Positions 1-11,649 of a stretch of 64,000 nucleotides of DNA are shown here, piece after piece; position 1 is the first letter of the stretch; the number at the start of each line of letters is the position of its first letter. A program made the translations under genes and the position numbers. The notes under the pieces are model-generated. The model was not told where the DNA came from and did no database searches. It saw nothing but the letters and a program-made list of their open reading frames with translations. Source of the stretch: Hemiscyllium ocellatum (taxonomy: Eukaryota); assembly GCF_020745735.1 (NCBI RefSeq), contig NC_083430.1:31114909-31178908 (forward strand). The letters run 5' to 3'.

Positions 1-1030
1 TCAACACGACTCATGATTTGATAAATGTTTATCAAATCACCCCTCAGCCCCTGATGCTTCAGAGAAAACAATGTTTTGTACAGCAGCAGCATGACCTCCC
101 AACTCCTAATCTTAGTGCTCTGACCAATAAAGGAAAGCATACTAAACGTCCTCTTCACTATCCTATCAACCTGAGACTCCAGTCTCCAAAGTCTCTTTGT
201 TTAGCAACACTCCCCAGGACCTTACCATGAAGTGTATAAGTCCTGCCCTGATTTGCCTTTCCAAGATGCAGCACCTCACATTTATCTAAATTAAACTCCA
301 TCTGCCATTCCTTGGCCTATTGGCCCACCTGATCGAGATCCCATTATACTCTGAAATAACCTTCTTTGCTGTGCACTACATCTCAAATTTTGGTGTCATC
401 TCCAAACTTACTAATTATACCTCCTATGTTCATATCCAAATCATTTATATAAATGATGAAAAGTAGTGGACCAGCACGGATTGCTGGGGCACACCTCTGA
501 TTATAGGCCTCCATTCTGAAAAGCAACCTTCCACCACCACCCTCTGTCTTCTACCTTTCAGCCAGTTTGTATCCAAATAGCTGGTGCTCCGTATATTCCA
601 TGTGATCTAACCTTGCCAACCAGTCTACCATGAGGAACCGTGTTGAACTCCTTTTTGTACTCCAAATAGATCATGTCCACTGCTCTGCCCTCATCAATCC
701 TCTTTATTACTTCTTCAAAAAACTCAAATTTGTGGAAAACATTTCCCATGCACAAAGCCATGTTGACTGTCCCCAATCAGTCCTTGCCTATCCAAATACA
801 TGTAAATCCTGCCCTTTAGGGTTCTATCCAACAATATGCCCAGGCTCACTGGTCCAAAATTTCCTGGTTTTTCATTAACAACTTTCTTAAAAAGCACCAC
901 CACGTTATCCAACCGCCAGTCTTCTGACATCTCACTGGTGACTATCAATGATACAATATCTCAACAAGAGGCCCAGCAATCACTTCTCTATCTTCCCACA
1001 GAGTTCTAATCAGGTTCTGGGGATTTAGCT
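1..1030 (-). mobile_element. CR1 LINE, decayed RT region
   Basis: Minus-strand ORF pieces EDWRLDNVVVLFKK..NFGPVSL and EFFEEVIKRIDEGRAVDMIYLEY..VPHGRLVGKVRSHGI; homologous to 39130-40150. Confidence 0.92.
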
Positions 1031-1074
1031 ACCTAAATGCATGGCCGTTCTCCACAGTAAACTCTGATGCAAAG

Positions 1075-2240
1075 TACACTATAGATCTCCCCAGTTGTCA
1101 GCAGGAAATTGAGAAACAAATTTGTAAGGAGATCTCGGGTATTTGTAAGAATAATAAAATGGCTATGGTAGGGGATTTTAACTTTCCAAACATAGACTAG
1201 GGCTGCCATATTGTTAAGGGTTGAGATGGAGAAGAATTTGTTAAGTATGTACAAGAAAATTTTCTGACTCAGTATGTGGATGTACCTACTAGAGAAGCTA
1301 CAAAAGTCGACCTACTCTTGGGAAATAAGGCAGGGCAGGTGACTGAAGTGTCAATGGAGGAGCACTTTGGGGCCAGCGACCATAATTCTATTAGTTTTAA
1401 AATAGTGATGGAAAAGGATAGACAAGATCTAAAACGTGAAGTTCTAAATTAGAGGAGGGCTAATTTTTACACGACTAGGCAAGAACTTCCAAAAGTTGAT
1501 TGGGTGTAGATGTTCCGCACATAAATGTACAGCTGGAAAATGGGAAGCCTTCAAAAATGAGATTATGAGAGTTCAGAGACAGTATATTCCTGTTAGGGTG
1601 AAAGGCATGGCTGGTCACTGTAGGGAATGCTAGATGATTAGAGAAATTAAGGTTTTGGTTAAGATAAAGAAGGAAGCATATGCCAGGGATAGACCACAGA
1701 GACTGAGTGAATCCTTAGAGTATAAAGGCAGTAGGAGTATCCTGATGAGGGAAATCAGGAGGGCAGTTAAGGAGAATCCAAAGGGATTTTATAAATATAT
1801 TAAGGACAAAAGGGTAACTAGAGAGAGAATAGGGCCTGTCAAAGATTAGAAAGGCAGTTTATGTGCGGAACAATATGAGAAGGGGGAGATATTAAATGAG
1901 TAGTTTGCATCAGCATCAGCATCCAGATTACAGAGGAGGGCGTGCTGGATGTCTTGAAGCACATAAAAGTGGATAAATCCCCAGGACCTGATTAGGTGCA
2001 CCCTAGAACTCTGTGGGAAGCTAGGGAAGACATTGCTGGGCCTCTTGCTGAGATATTTGTATCTTCGATAGTCACAGGTGAGGTGCTGGAAGACTGGAGG
2101 TTGGCAAACGTGGTGCCACTATTTAAGAAGGATGATAAGGACAAGCCAGGGAACTATAGACCAGTGAGCCTGACGTCGGTGGTGGGCACGTTGTTGGAGG
2201 GAATCCTGAGGAACAGGAGGTACATGTATTTGGAAAATTT
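1075..2240 (+). mobile_element. CR1 LINE block (endonuclease to start of RT), inverted relative to its flanks
   Basis: GDFNFP-coding GGGGATTTTAACTTTCCA; ORF 1996-2244 PRTLWEAREDIAGPLAEIF..NYRPVSLTSVVG; no 3' tail. Confidence 0.92.
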
Positions 2241-2244
2241 GTAA

Positions 2245-3130
2245 ATTTTGCAAATTTACCAGTCTCAGGTTGATATCTTTCCTCAGTATCTCCTTGGTCC
2301 CACCCCACACCTTACCAGTTTAAATCCTTCCGAATAGCTCGAGTAAATCTCTCTGGCAGTATATTTGTCCCCTTCCAATTCAGGTCCAATCCATCCTGCT
2401 TATACAGGTCACTTCTACTCTAGAAGAGATTCCAATCATCAAAAAATGTGAACCCTACTCCCCTGCACCAGCTCCTCAGCCACAAAATCATCTGCTCTAT
2501 CCTCCTATTCCTCCCCTCACTAGCTTGTATTACTGGGAGTAATCCAAATACTACTACCCTCAAGGCTCCTCTTTATATTCCTGCCTAACTTTCTACATTC
2601 TCCCTTCATCCTTTTTCCTTTCTATGTTGTTAGTTTCAATGTGTGCAATGACTGTCTGCTGGTCCCTCTCCCCTTTGAGAACGTTCTGCACTCTCTCCGA
2701 GATATCCTTGATCCTACTACTAGGGAAGCAACACACCATTCTGATTCAGCTCACTGTCGGCCACAGAAATGTCTGTTTGTGTCTCTGACTAATTAGTCCC
2801 CTACCACAATTGATCGCTTGGAACTTTAGGTACCCTTCGTTGCATTAGAGCCAGTCTTGATATGAGAAATTAAGCTGTTTGTGCTACATTCCCCTGAGAA
2901 TCCATCACCCCTTACATTATCCAAAATAGCATATTTGTTTGATTTAGTGATAGCCACAGGAGACTCCTGCCTCCTACCTGACTGTATCTGTAGTTTTTCT
3001 CCCTTCCTATAATTGCCAGCCATCACACCCCCTAGCTCCTGTAAATTTCTCAATGCCTCTAACTGCCACTCCAATCTGTGCAATCAGATCCATGCAATCT
3101 GATAGGATTCACAACTAACCACACTTACAT
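2245..3130 (-). mobile_element. CR1 LINE ORF1 region (coiled coil to esterase), decayed
   Basis: ORF 2826-3083 (RLEWQLEALRNLQ..SNKYAILDNVRGDGFSGE) matches the ORF1 of the CR1 at 37900-38260. Confidence 0.8.
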
Positions 3131-3149
3131 AATCAGTTCTAGGCAAATG

Positions 3150-3470
3150 GGATGTGACTCCCACCATGGCAGATAGTGAAATTTGTATTCCATAAAAAGA
3201 AACATTTGGAATTAAAAGAGAAGCTAGTCTAAGGGTAATCGTGTAATCACTGTTGATTGTCATTTTGAAAGGTCATGTGATTTACTAATATCCTTTATGG
3301 GAAGGAAATCTGCAATTCTTAGCTGTCTGGATAAATGTAATTCTGGACCCACAGCAATGTAGTTGAGTTTTTAACTACTCTTTGGGCAATTAGTGCTGGG
3401 CAATAAATGTTGGCCAGCATTCAAAGTAAGAATATTTGCCAGCAATGCCCACATCCAAAGAATGAATTTT
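3150..3470 (+). mobile_element. SINE-like short element, same family as 60456-60742
   Basis: Shares CCACCATGGCAGAT..GGAAGGAAATCTGC..CCACAGCAATG..GGGCAATAAATGTTGGCC..CCCACATCC with 60456-60742. Confidence 0.75.
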
Positions 3471-4739
3471 TTAAAATATCAAATGATATATTTTCTCATT
3501 AGTGATGCTATACAAGAGAAAATATAACTTTTTATTTCCTCTGATCTTACTGCACAGTAGTTAATGGCTTCTGCATCTGAAAGGTGATGGTAATATTTTA
3601 TTTCTTTTTGGATATTGGTATAGGCTTACAATCATTCTAGAACTTGAAATTGTAATTCATCATAATGATTATTCCACCAAATAGAACAAAAATAAGCACA
3701 AGTAGCAACTCACCATATATTAGAACATTGAAATGTCTCAAAATTCATTGCTCATTGCTTATAAGTGGCTCTGTGACTGGAATGTTGCATGACTAGTTGA
3801 GAACCGCACTTAACACTATCTTACTTGTAAATCTGGAGCGGTGAAAAATATAAAAGTCACAGTCCTTGGCCTTGGATAGTTGCAATGAGTGGAAACTTTT
3901 CAAATATAAATTCTGACACTACTTATGAATAGAAATACACAAATGACTGTTAACTAATCAGCTTCAAAGTCTTGTCAGGGAGGTTATAGCTATATGGAAA
4001 GTGATACATTATTTAAAATGGACTCAGAAGATCTGTAGTAAAATGAAAATGAGTTAGAAATACCTGTCACCTCTGCTTAAGTTGCCAGTTCTTCACCAGT
4101 TGCACAAATTGCTGGCGTCTTTATCATAAATCACTTTGACAGAAATGTAGATAAGCACAACCTTCCACTCCTTTAGCAGGGCTGGATAAAATAAGACCTA
4201 GCCTCCAAACGACACCTTAAAAATCCAAAGCAAGGAAAGCTACAGATTACTACCAAATCAAACCCTAAACCATTTCATGCTTAGATTAAGTACTGCTATC
4301 CAGAGCTCTAAATACCAAATTTGTGATGAACTAAACCTGCACAGAGCAAGAAGTCCCAATGATCAGGAGTGGTGGACACAAGTAATTGAACAACTTGAAT
4401 GGGGAGATGAATGGCATGTGTCATCAAAATCAGTTGTTTCATTACTCCATCAACCCCAGATTTCCACTGAGCAGATATTTGGAACAAATTTCCCTCCCTC
4501 TGCTTTACAGAAGCATTCTCTTGCCCTCACTCCCACGAGTAGAAAAGAAATTTGCAAAAAGTAGATAGCTATAAACAATACTTATTTATCATAAACCTCC
4601 AGAACTGTCTCCAACATAACCTCTCTCAGGCAGTGGACATATCTGCCACCCATCTTCACATACTTCCCATTCCACCCCCAATCTTCTCTCCCAATAAATA
4701 TAAGTCCAGATCCCATGTCTTGCACCTTCAGTGGTCTCT

Positions 4740-5225
4740 GTTGACACATTGGAACTTAGGAAATAGGAGCAGGTTAGGCCATTTGGCTCATTGACCCTTC
4801 GTCGCCATTCAAGGAGAATAAGGCCAATTTTCTCCCCCTTAAAACTATTGATATCTAGAAATCTTGTGTTCTCTGTCTTGAATGTACTCAATGATTGATC
4901 CTCCTCAACCTTTTAGGGTTCAGAATTCCAAAGATCCCTTCTGTGAAGAAATTCCTCCTAATTTCAGTTTTGAATGGCCTGTCTTTTATTCTGAGACTGT
5001 GTTCCTTGGTTTAATCAAACGAACAAGGAAAAACTATCTTCTTGCATGTATTTTGTTAGTTGGTATAAGAACTTTGTATGCTTCAATGAAATTTCTCATT
5101 TATCTAAACTCTAGTGAATGTAGTCTCATCAATCTGTTCTCAGAGAATAATCCTGGCATTCCAGGAATCATTCTCGTCAATTGCTTTACACTTTCTTTAC
5201 GGCAAGTATATCCATTATTAAGAGG
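4740..5225 (-). mobile_element. Old CR1 3' fragment
   Basis: AATAGGAGCAGGTTAGGCCATTTGGCTC terminus and body similar to 24579-25135 and 51930-52360. Confidence 0.65.
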
Positions 5226-5894
5226 TCGAGTTAGGGACTCCGCTCAGTCACCTTTCCTCCTCTTGCCACAGTCTGCGTGAATCCCCCTCCTCCGTGCTAC
5301 TCTTTGCTCTTCCCCAATTACACCTTCCCTTTTCCCTTCCATTCTCCTCTGCTCTCTTTTTCCTTCCCTTTCCTCAACATCCTCCTGCTTTTCAGTCCAT
5401 TTGACTGTTCCTGCTTAACCTAATTAACCTAAATTCATGGACTTTGTCTTGATTCCCAATGTGCAAGCCACAGCTGATCAATTAATGAATCTATAATTAG
5501 CATGTTGTAATTCAATTGAGCAATCCTGGAGTTAAATAATTGCCTGATAGTATAGAACATAAATGTTGTTAAAAGGAGATAAGAAATAGTCAACACTCTT
5601 TATCTTGCACTTATCAGCGCTATGATGCAAGAAACAGACTGGGAGAGACACCATTTTATCCACATGAGAGGTGGGGGCTGATTTGTTGGGCTATCAATTG
5701 TCATGGCGATCCAACAAGAACAGTTAACCACCAATCTTAATTCCAGGCAGGTGGTTTTTGATTGGTCAGAATGTTGCCAAGTAAATGTAAGTGAATGATG
5801 TCTCCATGACTGTGTTTTTATACATAAATTCTTTCTGCTGACAAACGGCATCTAATGTATGAATATGTTAATTAATATATGGAGCCTGAGCTTG

Positions 5895-6100
5895 CAAGCC
5901 TCAGATATGCACCATTTGATGTGATTGGAAATAATTTATTAAATAAATTAATAAATTTATGTTATGATTTACATAGGAAATCAATTTAAGATCCTGAGTC
6001 AAGCCCACAGTATGATATATTTGCATGTAATAAAAGCGAAATATATGAATACACAGGTCTATGATCACATCGGCAGGAAGACGTTGTACATATTTTACAT
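5895..6100 (+). mobile_element. Possible Penelope-like GIY-YIG C-terminal remnant
   Basis: NQFKILSQAHSMIYLHVIKAKYMNTQ resembles the F-x-I-L..L..(E)A.YI end of Penelope endonucleases; heavily decayed. Confidence 0.4.
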
Positions 6101-6489
6101 GACTGTCACACAAAAAAAATCATGGAGACAGACAATTGCTGCTGCATTCCCAAGGCAACATCCTGACCAGAATATACCAGCGTGGTCTCAGAACTAAGAC
6201 TGACATTTAACTCCTTGCACCATCTTCATGCCGATGATGATCCAACCATATCACCACTCCCTTCTCATTCTGTACATAATGGTTTTCTTTTCTCAGCTCT
6301 GGTATATCATTGTTTTGAGTGAAAGACCATAAGAAGAACTGTAACTTAATCATGGAACCCCCACAATGCAGAAAGAAGCTACACCTCCTCAAGTGATCCA
6401 GCAGACAGTTTTCAACCTTCCGATGAAAAAACCTCACTCCAGAGCTGTCTACGTATAGGCCTCTCCAAAAGCTCCGTAAACTTCTTACC

Positions 6490-7330
6490 TCCTGGATGTA
6501 GGTTTGCTCACTGAGCTGGAAGATTCACTTTCAGACGATTCATCACCATACCAGGTAACAGCTTCAGTGAGCCTCCAGATAAAGCACTGTTGGTGTAGCC
6601 CGCTTTCTATTTATTTGTTTTGATTTCCTTCATTTGGTGATGTAATTTCCTGTGGTGATGTCATTTTCTATGGTACATCATTTCCTGTTATTTTTCTCAA
6701 GGGGGTAGTAAATGGGATCCAAGCCAATGTGTTTGTTCATTGAGTTCCAATTGGAATGCCATGCTTCTAGGAATTCTCGTACGTGTCTCTGTTTGGCTTG
6801 TCCTAGGATGGATGTGTTGGCCCAGTCAAACTCACTCCCCACTCTCACGAGTATCCTGACATACAGATGAGGAAGAAAACCATTTTGACTGGGACAACAC
6901 ATCCATCCTGGGATAAGCCAAACAAAGACACACACAAGAATTCCTAGAAGCATGGCATTCCAACCAGAACTCTAACAACAAAGACATTGATTTGGATCCC
7001 ATTTACCACCTCCAAAGAAAAAGAACAGGAAATGACATCACAACAGGAAATGACATCACCAACCCAAGGAAACCCAAAACATATAAATAAAAAGCGGTCT
7101 ACACCACCAGTGCTTCATCCGGAGGCTCACTGAAAACGAACCTTCCAGCTCAGCAAGCAAACCTGTATGGTAAAAACAAAAAGCTCTTCCTGATGAAGAG
7201 CTTTTGCCCGAAACATTAATTTTCCCGCTCCTTGGATGCTGCCTGATCTGCTTTTCCAGCACCACTCTAATCCAAAGCAAACCTACATCCAAAATCTCAA
7301 CCTGAGCTGCAAATTTTCTCAAAACTCGAT
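6490..7330. mobile_element. Penelope-like element, inverted pair of 3' fragments
   Basis: Minus arm 6490-6835 encodes FDWANTSILGQAKQRHVREFLEAWHSNWNSMNKHIGLDPIY (GIY-YIG end). Plus arm 6860-7330 is the same sequence in opposite orientation. Confidence 0.85.
7185..7275 (+). repeat. Short hammerhead-motif repeat (family A) nested in the Penelope arm
   Basis: CTGATGA-A-GAGC-TTTT-GCCC-GAAAC at 7190-7214 followed by GGATGCTGCCTGATCTGC; the motif AAGCAAACCT occurs on both sides of the insert. Confidence 0.7.
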
Positions 7331-8039
7331 AACCTCTTACCTCCTTTTAGCAATGTTTATATTCTGGTAATATTCAAAACAGGGAGAATGTATTACCTTT
7401 TAGTTAATGCATACTGTTACTATCTTTATACAGGCTGATAACATTAAAAGAGAAATAAATTTCCCAGTGACTTACACAAGTTACATGACAAGATTTCAAC
7501 TATTACATTTTTATTATTAAACTAAAATCAACATTGACTAAACATTACTTACTAAGCAATTCATACACAAAACTACAGATAGGATATTCCTTATTTACTT
7601 AACATTACTGCAAACCTTTCACTATGCTTATGCATTAAACTACACTCTCCATAGAAACAGAGTCATGCATTTAAAAAAAATGAAACTATGCCGGGCATTA
7701 GCAGGATATTCAAGCTTTACCACTCTCGAGTGAATGTTTAAGTGTCTTTTTGAACAAATTTCCCTGCACTCAATTTTCTGAGTGTAATTTCCTGTAGCAA
7801 GTTACCCCTGAAGATTCCTCAGTGTTCACCTCTCCACAATCTTCATTTCCTTTCCTTGAACAAGGGTTCCATCTTCATCAGCCCTCAGCTGAGCAGTTTC
7901 CAAATGGCACAGGAGCACCTGTTTTCGGTCTTCTCTCCCATTTTTTTCAGTCTGAACATCTTCAGGTATTAAAGCTTGTGCTTTACATGAATATGTTTCA
8001 TTTGAAGATTCTGTTCTATTATAGCAGGTCACTTTTTTT

Positions 8040-11000
8040 AAAAAAAAACATTTATTCCTTCTCCATAATTGGCCTTGAGAAGGTGGTGGTGAACTGCCTT
8101 CTTGAACCACTGCAGTCCACATCTTGTGGGTTGACCCACAATGCCCTTAAAGAGGGAATCCCAGGAATTTTACCCAGCGACAGTGAAGAAATGGCAATAT
8201 TTTTCCAAGTGAGGATGCTGAGTGGCTTGGAGGGAAACTTGCAGGTGGTAGTGTTCCAATGAGTCTGCTGTACTTGTCTCTCCAGCTGAAATGGTCAGAG
8301 GTTTGAAGGTGCTGTCTGAGGACCTTTGGTGAATTTCTGCAGTGCATCTTGTAGACAGTACACACTGCTGCTACTGAGCATTGGTGGCGGACGAAGTGGA
8401 TGTTTGTAGATCTGGTGCCAATCAAGCGGGCTGCTTTGTCCTGGATGGTGTCAAGCTTTTTGACTATTGTTGGTGCTGCACCCAAGACAAGTGAGAAGTA
8501 TTCCATCACATTCCTGACTTGTACTTTGTAGATGATGGACAGGCTCTGAGGAGGGAGGTGGTGAATTATTCACACCAGTGTTCCTCGCCTTTGATGTACT
8601 CTTGTCGCCATTGGTTTTATTTGGTGAAGCCAGTTGAGTTTCTGGCCAATGGTAACTCCCAAGATATTGATCGTGATAGTAATACTATTGAATGTCAAGG
8701 GGTGATGTTTAGATTGTCTCTTATTGGTGAATGTCATAGCCTGGCATTTATGTGGTGTGAATGTTATTTGTCACTTGCCAGCCCAAGCTTAGATATTGTC
8801 CAGATCTTGTAGCATTTGAACAAGGACTGCTTCAGTATCTGAGGAGTTGCAAATGGTACTGAACATTGTGCAATCATCAGCAAACATCCCCACTTCTGAC
8901 CTTATGATGGACGGAAGTTGATTAATGAAGTGGCTGAAGATGGTTCAGCCTAAGACTCTACCCTGAGGAACTCCTGCAGAGATGTCCTGGAACAGAGATG
9001 ACTGACCTCCAACAACCATCTTTTAATGTACTGGGTATGACTGCAACCTGCAAAATGTTTGCTGCCTGATACCCATTGATTCCGGTTTTGCCTGGCTCCC
9101 TTGAATCCACATTGAGTTGAATGTGGCCTTCTTTTATTGTTTGATGTCAAGGGAATATAGTTCTTTTGTCTATGTTTGAATCTAGGTTGTAACAAGGTAG
9201 GGAGCTGAGTGGCCATGGCGGAACCCAAGCTGGCATCACTGAGCAGGCTATCGCAGGGAGATGCTGCTTGATAGCCCTGTTGATGGCACCTTCCATCACT
9301 TTCCTGATGATTGAGAGCATACTGATGAAATGGGAACTGGCCGGATTTGATTTGTCCCACTTTTTATGTACAGAATATACCTGGGCAATCTTCCACATTG
9401 TAGGGAAGATGCCATTTTTAGAACTGTACTGGAAATGTTTGGTTAGGGGAGCGACAAATTCTGGAGCACAAGTCTTCAGTACTATTGCTGGAATGTTGTC
9501 AGGGTCCACAGCCTATATACAGTATTCAGTGTCTCCAATGATTTCTTGATATCACGTGGAGTGAGTCGAATTGGCTGAAGATTGGTATTTGTACTGCCGG
9601 GGACAACTTGAACAAGCCAAGATGGATCATCCTCTCAGAACTTCTGACTGAAGAATGCTGGGAATGCTCAGATTTATCTTGTGCAGTGATGTGTTGGACT
9701 TTTTCATCGTTGGAGGATGGGGATATTTGTGGAGCCTAGAATTGTTTAATTGTCCACCATCCTTCACGACTGTAAATGCGGCAGGATGGAGATCTTAGAT
9801 CTAATCTGTTGGTTGTGGGCTCACTTAGCTCTGTCTATCACTTGCTGCTTATGCAATTTAGCATGCAAGTAGTCCTGTTGGTAGCTTCACCAGTTTGACA
9901 TCTCATTTTAAGTATGCCTGTTGCTGCTCCTGGCATGCCCTCATGTAGTTTCCATTGAACCAGCATTGGGGATATGCTGGGCCATGAGCTGCTGCTTATG
10001 GCCCAAAGCACCTCATGGATGCCTAGTCTTGAGTTGCTGGATCTTTTCAAAATCTGCCCAATTTAGCATGGTGATAGTGCCTGCAACAAGCTGGAGGTCA
10101 TTCTCAGTGTGAAGGCATGGCTTTGTCTCCACAAGGATTGTGCATTGGTCAATCTTACCAATACTGTCATGGACAGATGTACCTGCAGCTGGTAGATTGG
10201 TAAGAATGACATCGAGTATGTTTTACCCTCTTGTTGGTTCCAGTCTAGCAACTAGGTTTCTTAGGACCCAATCAGCTTGACCAGTAGTACAGCTGCCGAG
10301 CCATTCTTGGTGGTGGACATTGCAATCTCCAACGCAGTGTACGTTTTGCGTCCATGCCACCATCAGTGCTTCCTCCAAGTGTTTTTCAACATGGAGGAAT
10401 ACCAATTCATCAGGCACAGGGCGACAGTACTTGATAAGCAAAAGGATGTTTCCTTGCCCATGTTTAACCTGAGGTCACAAGATTTCAAGGGATCCAGAGT
10501 CAATGTTGATGACTCCCAGGGCAACCCCCTCTCACTGTATACTACTGTACCACCACCTCTGTTGGGTCTGTCCTGTTGGTGGGATAGAATATATCCAGGG
10601 ATTGTGATGGTGAGGTCTGAGACATTGTCTGTAAGATATGATTCTGTGAGTATGACTATGTCAGGTTTTGCTTGACTAGTCTGTCAAGCACCTCTCCCAA
10701 TTTTAGCACTAGCCCCCACCCCAGATGTTGGAGAGGAGGACTCTGGAGGATCAACAGGGCTGTTTCTGCTGCTGTCTATTCCGGTACCTACATCAATGCC
10801 AGGTGGCCTGTTCAATTTCATTTCTTTGAGACTTTGTAGCAATTGATACAACTAAGTGGCATGCTGGGCTATTTTAGAGGGCACTTGAGAGTCAACCACA
10901 TTGCTGTGGATCTGGAGTCACACGTTGGCCAGACCAGGTGAGGATGGCAGATTTCACGTTAGAGATACGGATAGATTTTTCCAATGATTAACAATGGTTT

Positions 11001-11125
11001 CATGGTCATCAGTAGATCCATAATTCCAGATATTTTAAATTAAATTCAAATTGCACTCTGTGGTGGCAGGATTCAACTAAGTCCCCCAAACATTTGTTTC
11101 TGGATTCATAGTCAAGCTGACTATT
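8040..11125 (-). mobile_element. Near full-length decayed LINE (CR1/L2/Jockey group, distinct from the main CR1) with SINE-like 5' head
   Basis: APE pieces (LHVEKHLEEAL..VGDCNVHHQEWLGS), RT pieces (PDNIPAIVLKTCAPEF..WKIAQVYSVHKKWDKSNP), C-terminal KKLDTIQDKAARLIGT; 10850-11125 matches the short element at 60456-60742. Confidence 0.88.
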
Positions 11126-11334
11126 AATAGTCAATATGACTAAACTTGCCATAACATAAACTTGGCTCAGGCAGAATTAGTAAGAAGCTGTAAGAGCTTA
11201 TCTCTCAGGAGACATTTCCCCATTCCTCTCTATAAACTGCTCCATTTTACCTTGAATTAAAAGGTACAGTTTAAAACAGTCTTATAACATCCAACAGTTA
11301 CAGCAATATAATATAGAGGTCCAATACAATAAGG

Positions 11335-11580
11335 TCCAAAACAGAAATTGCTGGAAAAGCACAGCAGATCTGGCAACATCTGTGGAGAGAAATCAGAGTT
11401 AATGTTTCAAATCGAATGACCCTTCCTCAGAACTGGGCTTTGCACAGCAGATCTGGCAGTATCTCTAGAGAGAAGTCAGAGTTAATGTTTCAGATCCAGT
11501 GAGCCTTCCTCAGAACAGAGCTTTTCTAGCAATTTCTGTTTTTGTTTCTGATTTCTAGCATCCCAGTTTATTCAGTTTTC
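11335..11580 (-). repeat. Fold-back short repeat (family B) with two tandem hammerhead-like motifs
   Basis: Inverted ends AAAACAGAAATTGCTGGAAAAGC / GCTTTTCTAGCAATTTCTGTTTT; internal ~83-nt tandem duplication, each unit reading GTT-CTGAGGA-..-GAAACATT-AAC on the minus strand (11398-11433, 11481-11516). Confidence 0.75.
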
Positions 11581-11649
11581 ATTTTGATTAATTAAGTGCT
11601 GGGTTACTTTGTGAAACATTGCATAGAACATTATGTGCAAACAATTAGC

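Noticed and set aside
4277-4564. 95-aa ORF with Trp-rich motif (DQEWWTQVIEQLEWGDEW)
   Set aside because: No family recognised and no splice support; left unassigned.
7415-11289. Solo LTR (TGTTA...TAACA) split by the 8040-11125 LINE
   Set aside because: Termini are suggestive but the flanks (CATAC vs TCCAA) give no target-site duplication.
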